From Marine group II euryarchaeote REDSEA-S11_B3N4 (GTDB taxonomy: Archaea > Thermoplasmatota > Poseidoniia > Poseidoniales > Thalassarchaeaceae): a stretch of DNA of 64,000 nt. The notes below the pieces were generated by a model. It had not been told where the DNA came from and did not search any database. It was given only the letters and a program-made list of their open reading frames with translations. Below are positions 63,575 to 64,000 of this stretch, one piece after another; position 1 is the stretch's first letter; each line of letters opens with the position of its first letter. The DNA lies in the NCBI GenBank assembly GCA_001628485.1, contig LURR01000012.1, positions 146,563 through 210,562 of the forward strand. Direction: 5' to 3'. A program made the position numbers and the translations under genes.

Positions 63575-64000
63575 CCATCTCTTCCCTGATTCTCTTCTTA
63601 GTGGCCGCCCATGAGCAGATCGGGCACGATGTAAGATCGTGCCTCAATGACGGACAGTACTCTCTTCCGAAATATATGATTTGCAGATGCCTTCTATTCC
63701 ATGTTTCTTCGGCGAAGACAGCCTTCAGGTCTCTCTCCGTCTTTACTACGTTCCTGCCGTCAGAAAGGCCCCATCTGGCTGCCAGTCTGTGTATGTGGGT
63801 GTCTACTGGGAAGGCCGGTACTCCGAATGCTTGACTCATTACCACGCTTGCTGTCTTGTGACCCACTCCTGCTAATGACTCTAGGAACTCCCAATCAGGC
63901 CTCACCTCTCCTCCGTCTTCGAGAATCTGCTCTGCCATTCTGCGAAGGTTCTTGGCTTTGGTCGGGGCAAGCCCAATTTCTCTGATTATCTGACGAATCT
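63567..64000 (-). CDS. nth: Endonuclease III (Nth), partial - N-terminus beyond window end
   Basis: HhH-GPD (LESLAGVGHKTASVVMSQAFGVPAFPVDTHIHRLAARWGL) and a 4Fe-4S cluster loop (C-x6-C-x2-C-x5-C: CPSLRHDLTSCPICSW). The reading frame stays open upstream to the window edge (...IREIGLAPTKAKNLRRMAEQIL). Confidence 0.8.
   Translation of the reverse strand, partial: IRQIIREIGLAPTKAKNLRRMAEQILEDGGEVRPDWEFLESLAGVGHKTASVVMSQAFGVPAFPVDTHIHRLAARWGLSDGRNVVKTERDLKAVFAEETWNRRHLQIIYFGREYCPSLRHDLTSCPICSWAATKKRIREEMGG

Noticed and set aside
1-64000. CRISPR arrays, rRNA, tRNA and IS/transposase genes
   Set aside because: No CRISPR arrays, rRNA or IS/transposase genes were found. No evenly spaced direct repeats were seen. 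No transposase or integrase-like ORFs or terminal inverted repeats were found. Intergenic spacers are short (mostly <120 bp). Those read by eye (e.g. 15116-15236, 31539-31649, 42439-42515, 45451-45616) showed no tRNA cloverleaf, T-loop or GTTCRA-like elements.

Overview
This 64 kb window reads as a gene-dense archaeal chromosomal segment of about 50% GC. The archaeal signals are a TATA-binding protein, archaeal-type GHMP shikimate kinase with the AroA'/AroB' alternative shikimate route, RibL-type FAD synthetase, a SepF homologue, lipoprotein-like SP-Cys N-termini, a PGF-CTERM-like anchor and a membrane H+-PPase. Most of it is housekeeping, arranged in short operons.

Gene content, in order along the window:
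- An unknown polytopic membrane protein upstream of a MacB/FtsX-type ABC exporter, followed by exonuclease III.
- An aromatic amino-acid operon (aroA'-aroB'-aroK-aroC).
- A minus-strand MoxR AAA+/DUF58/membrane-protein module, followed by a PGF-CTERM-like secreted protein.
- A molybdenum-hydroxylase (xanthine dehydrogenase / CO dehydrogenase family) cluster: FAD-binding, Mo-binding and 2Fe-2S subunits, an HTH_10 regulator, XdhC and MocA. A subtilase lipoprotein and an unusual permease are embedded in it.
- A CaCA exchanger, a fused 2-oxoacid dehydrogenase E1 alpha/beta with a novel N-terminal Zn-ribbon domain, MoeB-rhodanese and thioredoxin reductase.
- A riboflavin/FAD cluster (ribH, bacterial-type ribE, ribL, ribB) with an orphan GHMP kinase.
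- A 1308-aa protein that fuses a secreted S8 subtilase to an AmpG-like MFS permease, then glutaredoxin.
- K+-dependent-type H+-pyrophosphatase, a class I glutamine amidotransferase, Nfu, NadE, IleRS and CysRS.
- An HdrD-like Fe-S oxidoreductase fused to a NarI/HdrE-like membrane domain, then mevalonate kinase.
- A TBP carrying a ~40-aa acidic insertion in its second repeat.
- An 1154-aa PKD-repeat surface protein immediately followed by SepF, then Bcp peroxiredoxin and a partial endonuclease III running off the window end.

No rRNA or CRISPR array was recognised, and no tRNA was recognisable by eye in the intergenic spacers. The one strongly atypical non-coding stretch is a ~180-bp AT-rich repeat island at 29287-29463.

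The most unusual candidates are the subtilase-MFS fusion, the Zn-ribbon-E1 alpha/beta fusion and the insert-bearing TBP.
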